DNA of 64,000 bases from Nitrospinales bacterium (GTDB lineage Bacteria > Nitrospinota > Nitrospinia > Nitrospinales > VA-1), in the NCBI GenBank assembly GCA_965223795.1, contig CBDCXL010000001.1, positions 256,001 to 320,000 on the forward strand. The letters are read 5' to 3'. The position numbers and the translations under genes were made by a program. Below, one piece after another: positions 52,401-62,959 of the stretch. Each line of letters starts with the position of its first letter. Position 1 is the stretch's first letter. The notes under the pieces were generated by a model. The model saw only the letters and a program-made list of their open reading frames with translations, was not told the DNA's origin and did no database searches.

Positions 52401-54539
52401 ATGAACGAGCTTCCCTTGCGTGTCCTACCCATTTTGTTCGCGTTTCTCATGGGACTGCCTGCCACTTTTTCCGAAGCGGCTTCGGAGGCGGTCGAAAGCA
52501 AAATCAAAAAAATCGTGATGATGATGAACATCGTCACGATCGAGTACGGCGCGGCGGTGTCCGACGGCGCCATCGTCAACGCCGCGGAATACGAGGAAAG
52601 CCAGATTTTCCTGGAACAGTCGGCCAACCGGTTCAAGAAACTGCCGGCGGTCCCGGAGCAAAAAGACAAGCTTGCGGATATCGTCCAGCGGTTCGAAACG
52701 CTCAAAGGCAAGATCGAGCAGAAAGTGGACCCCAACGATGTGCTGTCGATGGCCGTGGCGATCAACAAGGACATCCTTGCGGTTTACGGTGTCAAGATCA
52801 ACGAAGCGCCCTCCACGCCGGTTTCGCTGGAGAACGGCAAACAGATTTATGTGTCGCGCTGCTCGGTGTGCCACGGCATGACCGGCAAGGGAGACGGCCC
52901 CATCGCGGGTCAGCTCGACCCGGCTCCGGCGGTGCTGGCGGACCCCGCCGTGACGGGCGATGCGGAAACGGTGGCGTATGACAATTTTCAGGTGATCAAC
53001 GTGGGCATCGCCAACACGGCGATGATCGGCTGGGCGGACCTGCTCACCGAGCCGGAGTTGTGGGACGTGACGTATTACATCCGCAGCTTCTCCAACGATC
53101 CGGTGCAGCTCCCGGCCGCGGGCGGCACCGCCGCCGCTCCAGCCACCGGTGGAACGGGAGCGCCGACGGCGCTGGCGGAAGCGGCGATCACAGAATCACG
53201 CGCCATTCTCAAGCAGGGGCTCGACGCGTTTCGCAACGGAAAAACCGTGGAAGCCACGGACCTGGTGTTCGACGCCTACCTTTCCTTCGAGCGGATCGAG
53301 AACGCCGTCATCAACAAGAATCAGGAACTGGGCCAAAAGCTGGAATCGAACTTCAACCGGCTGAGCGCGGAGATCAAGCGCAACGCCCCGCTGGACCTGG
53401 TGGAAGGGGTCGCCGCTGAGATCGAGACGGACCTCGACGCCGCGATCGGCGTGCTCAAGGAGAAAGTGAGTTTCGCCGGCCTGTTCATCCAGTCGTTTTC
53501 CATCATCGTGCGCGAGGGCTTCGAGGCGATCCTGATCATCGCCGCGCTGATCGCGTTTCTGGTCAAATCGCGCAACGAGGACAAGCTCAAATCGATTTAT
53601 ATCGGCGTGCTCGCCGGGATCGTCGGCAGTTTCATCACCGCCTACGTGGTGCAGGAAGTGCTGCACCTGAGCGCGGCGAGCCAGGAGGTGATGGAAGGCT
53701 GGATCATGCTCATCGCGGTGGTGGTGCTGTTCTGGGTGAGCTACTGGCTGGTGTCGAAGATCGAGGCGGAGAAATGGCAGTCCTATATCACCTCGAAGAT
53801 GAAAACGGCGGTTTCCACGGGCAGCGCGTTCACGCTCGGCGGCGTGGCGTTTTTGTCCGTGTACCGGGAAGGCTTCGAGACGGTGCTGTTCTACAAAGCG
53901 CTCTACCTGTACGCCGAGGGCGGCACGCAGGGCATCATCCCCGGGTTCATCGCGGGCTGCGCGGTGCTGGCGGTGGTGTACGTGCTGATCAACCGGCTCG
54001 GCGTGCGCGTTCCCATCAAATGGTTTTTCGGCTTCACCAGTGTGTTCCTCTACTTCATGGCCTTCGTGTTCATGGGCAAGGGGCTGCACGAACTGCAGAT
54101 GGGCAAACAGCTTTCGCTGACCCCGGCGGCATTCGTTCCGGAGATTCCGTGGATGGGCGTGTACCCCACCTGGGAGACGTTCATCGGGCAGATGGTGCTG
54201 GTGGCGGCGTTCGTGTTCGCGCTGGTCTACACGTTCGTCATCAAACCGGAAGCGCAGACGCGCCGGCTCAAGGAAGAGACCTCCAACATCCAGAAAGACA
54301 TTCACGTCGTTCACGATATGGTGGAGCACATCTCGCATCACGCCAAGCGCTGCGAGATTTTCCTCAAGGACACGAAGGACCAGGACCTGCAGGAACTTTC
54401 CGGGCACCTCAAGGAGATCGACGAAAAGGTGCACGAGCTGTTCGACCATGTCTCGTATGTGAAAAACCAGCTGCAGGATGAATACGAGAAGCTGGGCAGC
54501 GCGGCGTATTCCAGCGAAGAGAAGAAAGGGCTCTCTTGA
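52401..54539 (+). CDS. Cytochrome c-FTR1 family iron permease (PbrT-like) with extra His-rich C-terminal domain
   Basis: Signal peptide, AAEYEE, CSVCH haem site, two REGFE motifs in TM region, ~95-aa tail after last TM. Confidence 0.92.
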   Translation: MNELPLRVLPILFAFLMGLPATFSEAASEAVESKIKKIVMMMNIVTIEYGAAVSDGAIVNAAEYEESQIFLEQSANRFKKLPAVPEQKDKLADIVQRFETLKGKIEQKVDPNDVLSMAVAINKDILAVYGVKINEAPSTPVSLENGKQIYVSRCSVCHGMTGKGDGPIAGQLDPAPAVLADPAVTGDAETVAYDNFQVINVGIANTAMIGWADLLTEPELWDVTYYIRSFSNDPVQLPAAGGTAAAPATGGTGAPTALAEAAITESRAILKQGLDAFRNGKTVEATDLVFDAYLSFERIENAVINKNQELGQKLESNFNRLSAEIKRNAPLDLVEGVAAEIETDLDAAIGVLKEKVSFAGLFIQSFSIIVREGFEAILIIAALIAFLVKSRNEDKLKSIYIGVLAGIVGSFITAYVVQEVLHLSAASQEVMEGWIMLIAVVVLFWVSYWLVSKIEAEKWQSYITSKMKTAVSTGSAFTLGGVAFLSVYREGFETVLFYKALYLYAEGGTQGIIPGFIAGCAVLAVVYVLINRLGVRVPIKWFFGFTSVFLYFMAFVFMGKGLHELQMGKQLSLTPAAFVPEIPWMGVYPTWETFIGQMVLVAAFVFALVYTFVIKPEAQTRRLKEETSNIQKDIHVVHDMVEHISHHAKRCEIFLKDTKDQDLQELSGHLKEIDEKVHELFDHVSYVKNQLQDEYEKLGSAAYSSEEKKGLS

Positions 54540-56071
54540 ACTTCCGCCTTTCCAGACACACGCGTCAGATCCACAAATGGATCGGACTGGTGTGCGCGTT
54601 CTTCTTCATCATTCTTTCCGTTTCCGGCGTCGTGCTCATGCACTATGAGGAACTGGGCCTCAACGGTGTCGAGGTGGACGGAAAATACCTGCCGGAAAAA
54701 TATTTCAAGGTGCAGACCCAGCGGCGCGCGATCCAGACGCTGCTGGTTGCGCCGTCCGATGCCTCCCGCATTTACGCCGGAACCGACCACGGCCTCTACC
54801 GCTCCTCCGATGCAGGCAAAAGCTGGACGGAAATCAATCAGGGACTGTTCAGCGCGGACATCCGCACGCTCGCGGCGGGAGAAGGACCGATCCTTTATGC
54901 GGGCACGCCGCAGGGGATTTTCAAGTCCGAGGACGGCGGCGACAACTGGACCGACTGGTTCGACGCGTCGAGCGGACTGGGCGAAGGCGCGGTGTCGCAC
55001 CTTGCGGTGCATCCTGTGGATGCGGCAAAGGTGTTCGCCGCGACGCAGACGGGGCTTTTTATTTCCGAAGACGAAGGCGATTCCTGGGAGCGGGCGTTTC
55101 CCGGTGCGGAAGCGCCGTCCGGACGCGCGGTGCGGCTGGTGCGTCTTTCCGCCGCCGATCCGGAGACGGTCTATCTCGTCGTCGAGCAGGGCACGTTTCG
55201 CAGCCGCGACGGCGGCAAATCGTTCCGGCAGGTGTGGGAGCGGGATCTCTCGATGGAGATCGCCGACCTCATATCGCTCAAGACCGACCCGGAGTTTTTG
55301 TATGCGGGGACGGAACAGGGGCTGATCAAATCGTTCAATGAAGGGCGCAGCTGGGTGCGCAACCCGCTGGATGAGCCGGTGCGCGCCCTCTTCCCGGTGC
55401 CCGGCAACGTTTCCAGCCTGTACGCGGCGACGGCGGAAGCCCTGTTTCACACGCAAAACGGCGGCAATTCCTGGGAGGAATTCGAATTCGACGGCTTCCA
55501 AGGCGCGCCTGTCACCCGCATCGCGCGCACGGCGGACGGCGCGCTGTTCGCCGGCACTTCCGCGGGGCTGTTCGTCTCGCGCAACGGCGGTAAACGCTGG
55601 CAGCCGATCGACCTGGCAGGCGGCGCCAACCGCCTGGCCGCCGCCGAGCGGAAGATGGATCTGGTCAAGCTGATCACGGAAATCCACACGGGACGGTTTT
55701 TCGGTTCGTATTTCATGCTGCTGGTGGATCTGGCGACGCTGGGGCTGCTGGTACTGGTGGCGACCGGGTTCGTGATCACGCTGTACCGGGCCAGCGTGAA
55801 AAAGCGCAAGCAGGTGAGCGTCGAGGAAGAACTGGAAACGGACCGGGTGATCGACATTCAGGAGACCGCGCGGGATCTGAGCAGCGAGAGCCTGGAGATC
55901 CACGACATGATCGAGCACATCGGCAACCATCTGGACAAATGCAAGTCGATCTACATGAAGCAGGAGAAAAAGGAAATCGAGGAGATAGACCGGCACATCA
56001 CCACGCTCGACAAGAAAGTGCATCACCTGATGCAGCGCATCGGCGAGTTCGAAAAGAATTCACAGAATTAA
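54536..56071 (+). CDS. PepSY-associated TM protein with BNR/YCF48-like beta-propeller and His-rich C-terminal domain
   Basis: [14 protein letters not shown], repeated GxxxSxDGGxx[12 protein letters not shown] + TM, His-rich tail; TTGA overlap with FTR1 gene. Confidence 0.88.
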   Translation: MNFRLSRHTRQIHKWIGLVCAFFFIILSVSGVVLMHYEELGLNGVEVDGKYLPEKYFKVQTQRRAIQTLLVAPSDASRIYAGTDHGLYRSSDAGKSWTEINQGLFSADIRTLAAGEGPILYAGTPQGIFKSEDGGDNWTDWFDASSGLGEGAVSHLAVHPVDAAKVFAATQTGLFISEDEGDSWERAFPGAEAPSGRAVRLVRLSAADPETVYLVVEQGTFRSRDGGKSFRQVWERDLSMEIADLISLKTDPEFLYAGTEQGLIKSFNEGRSWVRNPLDEPVRALFPVPGNVSSLYAATAEALFHTQNGGNSWEEFEFDGFQGAPVTRIARTADGALFAGTSAGLFVSRNGGKRWQPIDLAGGANRLAAAERKMDLVKLITEIHTGRFFGSYFMLLVDLATLGLLVLVATGFVITLYRASVKKRKQVSVEEELETDRVIDIQETARDLSSESLEIHDMIEHIGNHLDKCKSIYMKQEKKEIEEIDRHITTLDKKVHHLMQRIGEFEKNSQN

Positions 56072-56145
56072 ATTAAAAGAATGCGGGCGGGTAACGCCAA
56101 AGGGTATGCGGGGAGAAAGGGTGTTTATGCGGGCAGGAACGCGGC

Positions 56146-56412
56146 TCAGTGAATGAGGCGCTTGCCCCGGCTTTTGGTCTGCTCGCAGGGATTCAGGTCG
56201 CGGGTGAAATCCATTTTCTTGAACTCATCCCAGTCGTCGCGGAACAGATTGAAGCCGACGTAATCGAGCGCCTGCATGATCTCGGAGTCGGTGTATTTTT
56301 CTTCGTCTTCCTTGTTGAGCTTGCGAATGGCTTCTTCGATCGACTCACAGATTTGGGCAAACCGCTCGTCGTCTTCAAACATCATGAAATTTTTCATAAA
56401 ATCGAAAGCCAT
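56146..56412 (-). CDS. Hypothetical protein
   Basis: 88 aa; strong AAGGAGAGG RBS. Confidence 0.75.
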   Translation of the reverse strand: MAFDFMKNFMMFEDDERFAQICESIEEAIRKLNKEDEEKYTDSEIMQALDYVGFNLFRDDWDEFKKMDFTRDLNPCEQTKSRGKRLIH

Positions 56413-56453
56413 TTCCCCTCTCCTTTTTTGTGAGGACGGTCTGCCAAAGAAGT

Positions 56454-57110
56454 TTAGGGTATATTAGAGTAAAAATTCTTCACTGCCAATAAAAAATCTT
56501 CAATATCTTTTTGGATCGCGTCGTACTCTTTGTCTCGCATTCGGCTTGGGGATATGATCGATCCGCCCAGCGCCACCGCATCCGCTCCGCTGGATAAAAA
56601 TTCCGCGGCGTTCTTCGCATTCACACCGCCCACCGCGAGCAGCTTCAGTTTCTCAAACGGTCCTTTGACGGTGCGGAAATAACCCGAGCCCACCTGCGAC
56701 GCGGGGAACACCTTGACCATCTCGGCCCCGGCATTCCAGGCTTTTTCAATTTCAGTGGGCGTGAGTGCGCCGGGAAAGTACGCGGTGTTCTGTTCGCGGC
56801 AGTGTCCGGCCACCGCCTCGTTCAAGGTGGGCGCGACACAAAAACGCGCGCCGGAATCGACGGCGGTTTTCGCATCCGCTAAATTGAGAACGGTGCCGGC
56901 GCCGATGCAGAGCGAACCGGAAAAATTTTTCACCGATTTTTCAATCAGTCGCGCGGCGTCCGGCGTGTTGAGGGTGATTTCGACGAAATGCAGTCCCGCG
57001 GCGGCGACGGCTTCGAGCACGCCTTGAAGGGATGCGTCGGTGATGCCGCGGATGATGCCGAGAACCGGCAGTTTTTCAAACCGGGATGCGTCGAAACCCG
57101 AATCGGTCAT
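56454..57110 (-). CDS. eda: KDPG/KHG aldolase
   Basis: LGIIRG, VEITLNTP, GAGTV, PGALTPTEI, VKVFPA, AVGGV. Confidence 0.9.
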   Translation of the reverse strand: MTDSGFDASRFEKLPVLGIIRGITDASLQGVLEAVAAAGLHFVEITLNTPDAARLIEKSVKNFSGSLCIGAGTVLNLADAKTAVDSGARFCVAPTLNEAVAGHCREQNTAYFPGALTPTEIEKAWNAGAEMVKVFPASQVGSGYFRTVKGPFEKLKLLAVGGVNAKNAAEFLSSGADAVALGGSIISPSRMRDKEYDAIQKDIEDFLLAVKNFYSNIP

Positions 57111-57118
57111 GGACGGGT

Positions 57119-58069
57119 TCAGACATTCGCTTCCGAAGTCAGCTTTTCATAAAAGGAGAGGTAGTTGTCCTTGTCTTCGGACTGCCGTAACTTCATGGCG
57201 GCGCGCGGATGCAGATCCAACACTCCGGTGATCATGTAGGGGATGGTGTAGCCCCACTCGATTTCCTGGCGCAGCTTGACGAAGTCGGATTCGAGCACCT
57301 CGAGAATGGGCCGCACGTCGAATTTCGGGTTTTTCAAAAAGCCCAGCAAAAGTTCCAGCGGGCAGTTGCCGGCGGCGCGGCCGATACCGAAAATGGTGCC
57401 GTCGAGGTAGTTGATGTTGCGGATGATGGCCTCGATGGTGTTGGCGAAGGCCAGCTGCTGGTTGTTGTGCGCGTGGATGCCGATCTCGCGGGTGCTCAGG
57501 GCGGATTTGTATTTGTCGGCGAGGTAGGCGATCTGCTCGGAATACAGCGCGCCGAAGCTGTCCACCAGATACACCACATCGACGCCGCTTTCCTTTTCGA
57601 TCTGTTCCAGGGCTTCGTCCAGCTCGCGTTCGCGCGCGTGCGAAACCGCCATGATGTTGATGGTGGTTTCGTAGCCTTTCGCCTTGATGCTGTTGACCAG
57701 GTCGATGGCCTTGTCGATGTCCTTGACGTAGGAGGCGACGCGCATCATGTCCGCATAGCTTTCGGATGCGGGCACGATGTCCTTGGGATCGAAACGGCCG
57801 ATGTCGGCCATCACGGAAATTTTACATTTCTTTTCTGTGTTGCCGATGACGTTTTCCAGGTCTTTTTCCGAGCAGAATTTCATCGGCCCGTATTCATCCC
57901 GCTTGAACTGTTTTTCGTCCGCCTTGTAGCCCAGTTCCATATAATCCACGCCGGAATTGTTGATGGCGCGGAACACACGCTGCACCATGCCGTCGTCGAA
58001 TTGGTGATTGTTCATCAATCCGCCGTCGCGGATCGTGCAGTCGAGGACTTTAATTTCTTTACGAAACAT
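57119..58069 (-). CDS. DRE-TIM (HMGL-like) aldolase, 4-hydroxy-2-oxovalerate aldolase-like
   Basis: LDCTIRDGG, YLVDSFG, GIHAHNNQQLA, GIGRAAGN. Confidence 0.85.
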   Translation of the reverse strand: MFRKEIKVLDCTIRDGGLMNNHQFDDGMVQRVFRAINNSGVDYMELGYKADEKQFKRDEYGPMKFCSEKDLENVIGNTEKKCKISVMADIGRFDPKDIVPASESYADMMRVASYVKDIDKAIDLVNSIKAKGYETTINIMAVSHARERELDEALEQIEKESGVDVVYLVDSFGALYSEQIAYLADKYKSALSTREIGIHAHNNQQLAFANTIEAIIRNINYLDGTIFGIGRAAGNCPLELLLGFLKNPKFDVRPILEVLESDFVKLRQEIEWGYTIPYMITGVLDLHPRAAMKLRQSEDKDNYLSFYEKLTSEANV

Positions 58070-58308
58070 GCCGGTTCACTCCCCGGGGGGTCGCCCCGGA
58101 ATAAAAGTATGATTAAAAAAGGATTTTCGACCAAATGAGTTGATTTCGTCGATTATATTTTGATTAAATCGGGGGGTCAATTCAATTATCGAAAATTTTC
58201 ACGTTCCAGAACCGGAACAACCAACCATTTTTCAAATCTCTCGGATAATCCGGACGCGGTTTCGGGCAACGGAAACCCGGCCGCATTCTCATTTGCAAAA
58301 GGGGACGC

Positions 58309-58722
58309 ATGAACCACTGGCTGGTCAAACAGGAACCTTCGAAGTACAGCTGGGAGCAATTTGTCGAAGATGGAAGCACTTACTGGGACGGCGTGCGCAA
58401 TTACCAGGCGCGCAACAACCTCAAGGCCATGAAAAAGGGCGACCGGGTGCTGTTTTACCACAGCGTCACGGGCAAGGATGTCCGCGGCATCGCCGAGGTC
58501 ACAAAGCAGGCCTATCCGGACCCAACCACCGATGACGAACGCTGGGTGGTCGTCGACCTGAAACCGCTGCGGCCGATGAAAACCGCGGTCACGCTGGAGG
58601 ACATCAAGGCGCATCCGGACCTCAAGGACATCGCGCTGGTGAAGCAGAGCCGGCTTTCGGTGATGCCGATCACGAAGAAGGAGTTTCAGACCATTCTGAA
58701 ACTGGGAAACACCGCGCTTTGA
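58309..58722 (+). CDS. EVE domain protein
   Basis: WLVKQEP, WDGVRNYQARNNL, FYHS, RLSV. Confidence 0.93.
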   Translation: MNHWLVKQEPSKYSWEQFVEDGSTYWDGVRNYQARNNLKAMKKGDRVLFYHSVTGKDVRGIAEVTKQAYPDPTTDDERWVVVDLKPLRPMKTAVTLEDIKAHPDLKDIALVKQSRLSVMPITKKEFQTILKLGNTAL

Positions 58723-58874
58723 GCCGACGGACGAGGGTTTTCCTGTCGCGGCCGCAACGTGAAACCGGTTTTAGGCATTGACTCGGCTCGGCCGGCGGGT
58801 ATAGATTGGGCTTTTCTGTTTTGCGGGCCCGGCTCGCAGGACTCCGGGCTCCCGGTACGCGGAGGGGACATGCG

Positions 58875-59132
58875 ATGACGGCAGCGATGCAGGCGCTGAT
58901 ATTGGTGGTAGCGTTGTTTTTTTGGGGCTGTTCTGAGAACAAAAGCACGCCCGTGCCGTCGGCGGCGCCCAAAACCACGGCGCCTCCCGTTTCTTCTACG
59001 CCCGCCAATAAAGAGGAGCATTTGAGCGGCAGTGAAACCCTCAGCGAAATCCAGCCACCGGAAACGCCGGGACACATCTCCGGCGCCGAACAGGGCCCCG
59101 GCTCCTCCCGGCAGCACGTCAGCGGCAATTGA
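58875..59132 (+). CDS. Small Pro/Ser-rich lipoprotein
   Basis: GGAGGGG RBS; LILVVALFFWGC lipobox. Confidence 0.65.
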   Translation: MTAAMQALILVVALFFWGCSENKSTPVPSAAPKTTAPPVSSTPANKEEHLSGSETLSEIQPPETPGHISGAEQGPGSSRQHVSGN

Positions 59133-59793
59133 TCCGCTCCTGAGCGGCCTCGCCATCGCGGGCTTACTCCTTTACAGTCTCATTCTTCCTGGTTATGCAC
59201 AGGCGGAGCCCTGCCGGGACGCGATCGTTCCTTTGGAGACGCAGCGCGACGCGGTGGCCGAGAAGGACGGTCTGTGGACCCTGTTCGAACGGTCCGCCGC
59301 TTTGAGAGACGATTCCAGCCTGGCCATGCAGGCCGATTCCAGCATCAACAAGCTGATCGAAAACCTGATTTATCTTTGCGAGACGCAAAAAGGCGTGCCG
59401 CTGACCGAGCTTGCGGATTTTGTGCAGCGCAAGGTGGCGGTCCAGGGTCCGGAACGGTTCAAGCAGGAAATGGTGACCCTCGGCAAGCCGCCGAACGAAA
59501 TCGACGTGTGGATCGATTACGCGCGCTTTGCGGTGCGCAACCAGACGCGGACCCTGAAGCCGGAGACGATCCGCGCTTCGATCGCCGAGGGGAAAAAGCT
59601 GATGGACGCCTACGTGCGCATCGCCGGGCAGGTGGAGAATGCAAGCGACCCCGCCGCCCTGCGCGCGGATTTCCTGAGATTCAAGCAGAACCTGGAGCGC
59701 TTTTTCGACTCCGATCCCTATGTCTCTAAGGCCGTCCGGGAAAACGCCCGCGTTCCCTACTGGGACGTCGATGAAAACCACGGCGGTTCCTGA
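59032..59793 (+). CDS. Exported helical hypothetical protein (start uncertain)
   Basis: Signal-like LLSGLAIAGLLLYSLILPGYAQA near 59140; true start may lie near 59128. Confidence 0.7.
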   Translation: MKPSAKSSHRKRRDTSPAPNRAPAPPGSTSAAIDPLLSGLAIAGLLLYSLILPGYAQAEPCRDAIVPLETQRDAVAEKDGLWTLFERSAALRDDSSLAMQADSSINKLIENLIYLCETQKGVPLTELADFVQRKVAVQGPERFKQEMVTLGKPPNEIDVWIDYARFAVRNQTRTLKPETIRASIAEGKKLMDAYVRIAGQVENASDPAALRADFLRFKQNLERFFDSDPYVSKAVRENARVPYWDVDENHGGS

Positions 59794-59944
59794 CCGCTCC
59801 TTAAACCGTGGATTCCGCCGCGAGTCCGCCTTGTTACTTCAGGCCCGCAGCCTTAAATGGCGGGCGCGGTAAAAATTTGTGATTCGTTGAAAAAAGCTTA
59901 TACTCGGGTCCGATTTGCAACCGACACTCGATGGAGGACACACG

Positions 59945-60748
59945 ATGGGGAATTTTCTGGTGATTGGCGGGACGGGGGTCATGGGCAGCGCGGCGATCCA
60001 GGCGGTGCGGGAGAAATTCGGCGCGGACGCCCGCATTCTGGCGAACTGGTACGGCAAGGAAGAGCCGGGATTCGAGATCGAAGGTGCGGATCAGACGCTG
60101 TTCGGCGACATCACCGACCCCAAGCTGCTCGATTCTATCCGCGCGTTCGATTCGGGCGCGTTCGAGTACCTGTTCTACGCCACCGCGCTGGGGGACGTGG
60201 GAACGCCCATCAAGGACGCGACGCAGGAGCAGATCGACCATTCCAACCGGCTGTCCTTTGACCCGATCGCGAAACTGGAAGCGGAGCTGGACGTCAAGAC
60301 CGTCGTCACCTACTCCACGTTCTACACCATCCGGCACCAGCTCGCCACCTATGGCGCGATGGGGCATTCCAAGGAAGCCATCGAAAAATGGACGGTGGAA
60401 ACGGGAAAATCCCACCGCGCCTGCATCCGGGCGGGCCTGTTCGAATCACCCTCGTCGCGCGGCATCAAGCTTTTGCTGCGCAAAACCGCCAAGAAGCCGG
60501 AAAACCTGAAGGACCCGCTGTTGATCTCCTATTTCGAGGGCGTTCCTTCCAGCCAGGGCATCAAGCGTTTCGAGGAAGGCATCTTCACCGAGGAGAAAGA
60601 GGTGTACGGCGACGCCCGCACTACGCAGGAAGATCTGTACCGTGCACATCTGGAGTTGTTCAATACCCAGAAACCGGTATTTGTGAACGTGTGCGGCAAG
60701 AAAATCTGGCACTCGAATGAGCCGCTTTTGTTGCGGGATTTCCTGTAA
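59945..60748 (+). CDS. Divergent SDR/Rossmann-fold oxidoreductase (enoyl-reductase-like)
   Basis: LVIGGTGVMG, DIT, YGAMGHSK (YxxMxxxK), IRAG; GGAGG RBS. Confidence 0.7.
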   Translation: MGNFLVIGGTGVMGSAAIQAVREKFGADARILANWYGKEEPGFEIEGADQTLFGDITDPKLLDSIRAFDSGAFEYLFYATALGDVGTPIKDATQEQIDHSNRLSFDPIAKLEAELDVKTVVTYSTFYTIRHQLATYGAMGHSKEAIEKWTVETGKSHRACIRAGLFESPSSRGIKLLLRKTAKKPENLKDPLLISYFEGVPSSQGIKRFEEGIFTEEKEVYGDARTTQEDLYRAHLELFNTQKPVFVNVCGKKIWHSNEPLLLRDFL

Positions 60749-60970
60749 AACCGGGGCTCCGCCCGGAGCCGGTAAGGCGCGGATTCTCAGCGATTCTCGG
60801 ACTTCCGAATCGTTTTTAATCTATAGAAAAACAATACTTTATGGCAATTTCCGGTAAATTGATTTATATTCAAGTATTCAGTATATCGAATTGCCGGAAA
60901 CTCACGCGCCTTACCCGAACCGGCGGGAAGGCGGTATTGGCGTCACCCCATCCTGCACCACAGGCTTTGT

Positions 60971-62695
60971 ATGAAAAAACGGCGGCAACACGTTTCGTCT
61001 GCGAGGTCCCTGCACCTTTCACACAATGAGGGACTGAACCACCTGCTCGGCGGTGTGGTCCGGGACGTCAAGGATTACGCCGACCGCCTCCACTCCCAGA
61101 TCCGCAAACTTTCCGACATCGGCCGCGCCCTTTCCGGGGTGTACGACCTCAACGTGCTGCTGGAGATGATCGTCGATCAGGCTCGCAGCTTCACCAACGC
61201 GGACGCGGGAACGCTGTACATCAAGGACGGCGACCAGCTGCGCTTCATGATTTTCCAGAACGACAGCCTCAACATCCGCATGGGCGGCAAGACGGGCGAC
61301 GAGATCCCGTTCAACCCGGTGGAGCTGAAAGAGACGAATGTTTCGGCTTTTGTGGCTCTGAACGGCATATCCGTCAACATCCCCGACGTGTACGACACGG
61401 CGCTGTTCGACTTCACCGGCCCCAAGGAGTTCGACCGCTCCACCGGCTACCGCACCAAGTCCATGCTGGTGGTGCTGATGCGCAATCACGAGAACGACGT
61501 GCTCGGCGTGCTGCAGCTGCTCAACGCCAAGGACCCGGAAACGGGCGAGGTGATCGCCTTTTCGCCGGAATGCGAAAATCTCACCGAATGCCTGGCTTCG
61601 CAGGCCGCCATCGCCATTTCGAACGTGCAGCTGGTGAACGACATGGAAAACCTGTTCGAGGCGTTTCTCAAGGTCATGGCGACGGCCATCGATGAGAAAT
61701 CGCCGGTCACGGGCGGCCACATCCGGCGGGTGGCGAACCTGACGCTGACCATGGCGGAAGTGATCGACGCGCAGCGGGATGGGGTCTTCAAGGACCGGGA
61801 ATTCGACGCGGACGCGATGCACGAGCTGAGGATCGCCGCCTGGATGCACGACATCGGCAAGGTGACCACGCCGATGGAGATCATGGAAAAATCGCGCAAG
61901 CTGCAGACGATCTTCGACCGCATCGAGCAGGTGGATCTCAGGATGGCCTACATTCAGGAGCGGATCAAAAACGACGGCCTGAAAAAGCGCATCCGGGCCA
62001 TGCAGGCCGTCTCGGCGGAGCAGGAGCTGAAACGCATCGAGGCGGAAACCGCCCGGCTGGTCGAGGAGGTCGCGGACATCCGCGCGTTCATCCTGCGCTG
62101 CAACGAGCCGGGAGAAACGCTGGAAGACAGCAGCATCGAACGGCTCAAGGCCATCGCGCAAAAAACCTACACCGACGCGAGCGGCAATGAAAAACCCTAT
62201 CTGGAAGCGGAGGAGCTGGAATACCTGTCGATCCGCAGGGGCACGATCAGCGAGGCGGAACGGGATAAGATGAAGGAGCACGCTTACGTCACCGTCAAAA
62301 TGCTGAATCAGATCCCGTTCACGAAAAAGCTCAAGAACATCCCCCATTTCGCGGGCGCGCACCATGAGTGCATCAACGGCACGGGTTATCCTCTGGGGCT
62401 GAAAGGCGATGAAATTCCCTTCGAGGGCAAGCTGATGGCGGTGGTGGACATCGCGGAAGCGCTGACGGCGGCGGACCGGCCTTACAAAAAACCGATGTCG
62501 CTCAACCAGGTGCATGCGATTCTGCGGACGCGTGCGGAACGCGGCGAGCTGGACCGCGATCTGGTGGAGCTGTTCATTCAGGAAGCGGTGTACGAGAAGT
62601 ATCTGGAAAAGTACGAACCGCAGGCCAATCTCAAGAAGGCCGCATCGAAGAGCGTCGCGGCCCTCCCCCGACTTCCGGTGAAAACCCGGGTGTGA
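60971..62695 (+). CDS. GAF + HD-GYP phosphodiesterase
   Basis: GAF: ADAGTLY, FDRSTGYRTKSML, GVLQLLN; WMHDIGK, HHECINGTGYP, DRPYKK. Confidence 0.92.
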   Translation: MKKRRQHVSSARSLHLSHNEGLNHLLGGVVRDVKDYADRLHSQIRKLSDIGRALSGVYDLNVLLEMIVDQARSFTNADAGTLYIKDGDQLRFMIFQNDSLNIRMGGKTGDEIPFNPVELKETNVSAFVALNGISVNIPDVYDTALFDFTGPKEFDRSTGYRTKSMLVVLMRNHENDVLGVLQLLNAKDPETGEVIAFSPECENLTECLASQAAIAISNVQLVNDMENLFEAFLKVMATAIDEKSPVTGGHIRRVANLTLTMAEVIDAQRDGVFKDREFDADAMHELRIAAWMHDIGKVTTPMEIMEKSRKLQTIFDRIEQVDLRMAYIQERIKNDGLKKRIRAMQAVSAEQELKRIEAETARLVEEVADIRAFILRCNEPGETLEDSSIERLKAIAQKTYTDASGNEKPYLEAEELEYLSIRRGTISEAERDKMKEHAYVTVKMLNQIPFTKKLKNIPHFAGAHHECINGTGYPLGLKGDEIPFEGKLMAVVDIAEALTAADRPYKKPMSLNQVHAILRTRAERGELDRDLVELFIQEAVYEKYLEKYEPQANLKKAASKSVAALPRLPVKTRV

Positions 62696-62719
62696 CCCTC
62701 CCCGTTTCCCGCGATCGTT

Positions 62720-62959
62720 TTACTTCTTCTTTGGCCGGTAGGGACCGGTGCGCATGTAGTTGTCGTTGAGCTTGACGTGTTCGTCCACCTGCACCTCGGC
62801 GGACAGGTTGGTTTCCCCGAATTCCTCGAATTCCTTGAAAGCCGCGTCCTGAGACTTTTTGTTCAGCAGCGAAGTCCGCTTTTTGCGGGCGCGGACGGTT
62901 TTGGACTTGGTGGCTTCCCGGTATTTCAGTTTGTCGCGGTGAGAAATGTTCAGAATCAT
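62720..62959 (-). CDS. Small basic hypothetical protein
   Basis: 79 aa; AGAGGA RBS. Confidence 0.55.
   Translation of the reverse strand: MILNISHRDKLKYREATKSKTVRARKKRTSLLNKKSQDAAFKEFEEFGETNLSAEVQVDEHVKLNDNYMRTGPYRPKKK

Noticed and set aside
58309..58722. EVE protein as part of a modification-dependent restriction system
   Set aside because: Stand-alone EVE with no fused or adjacent nuclease
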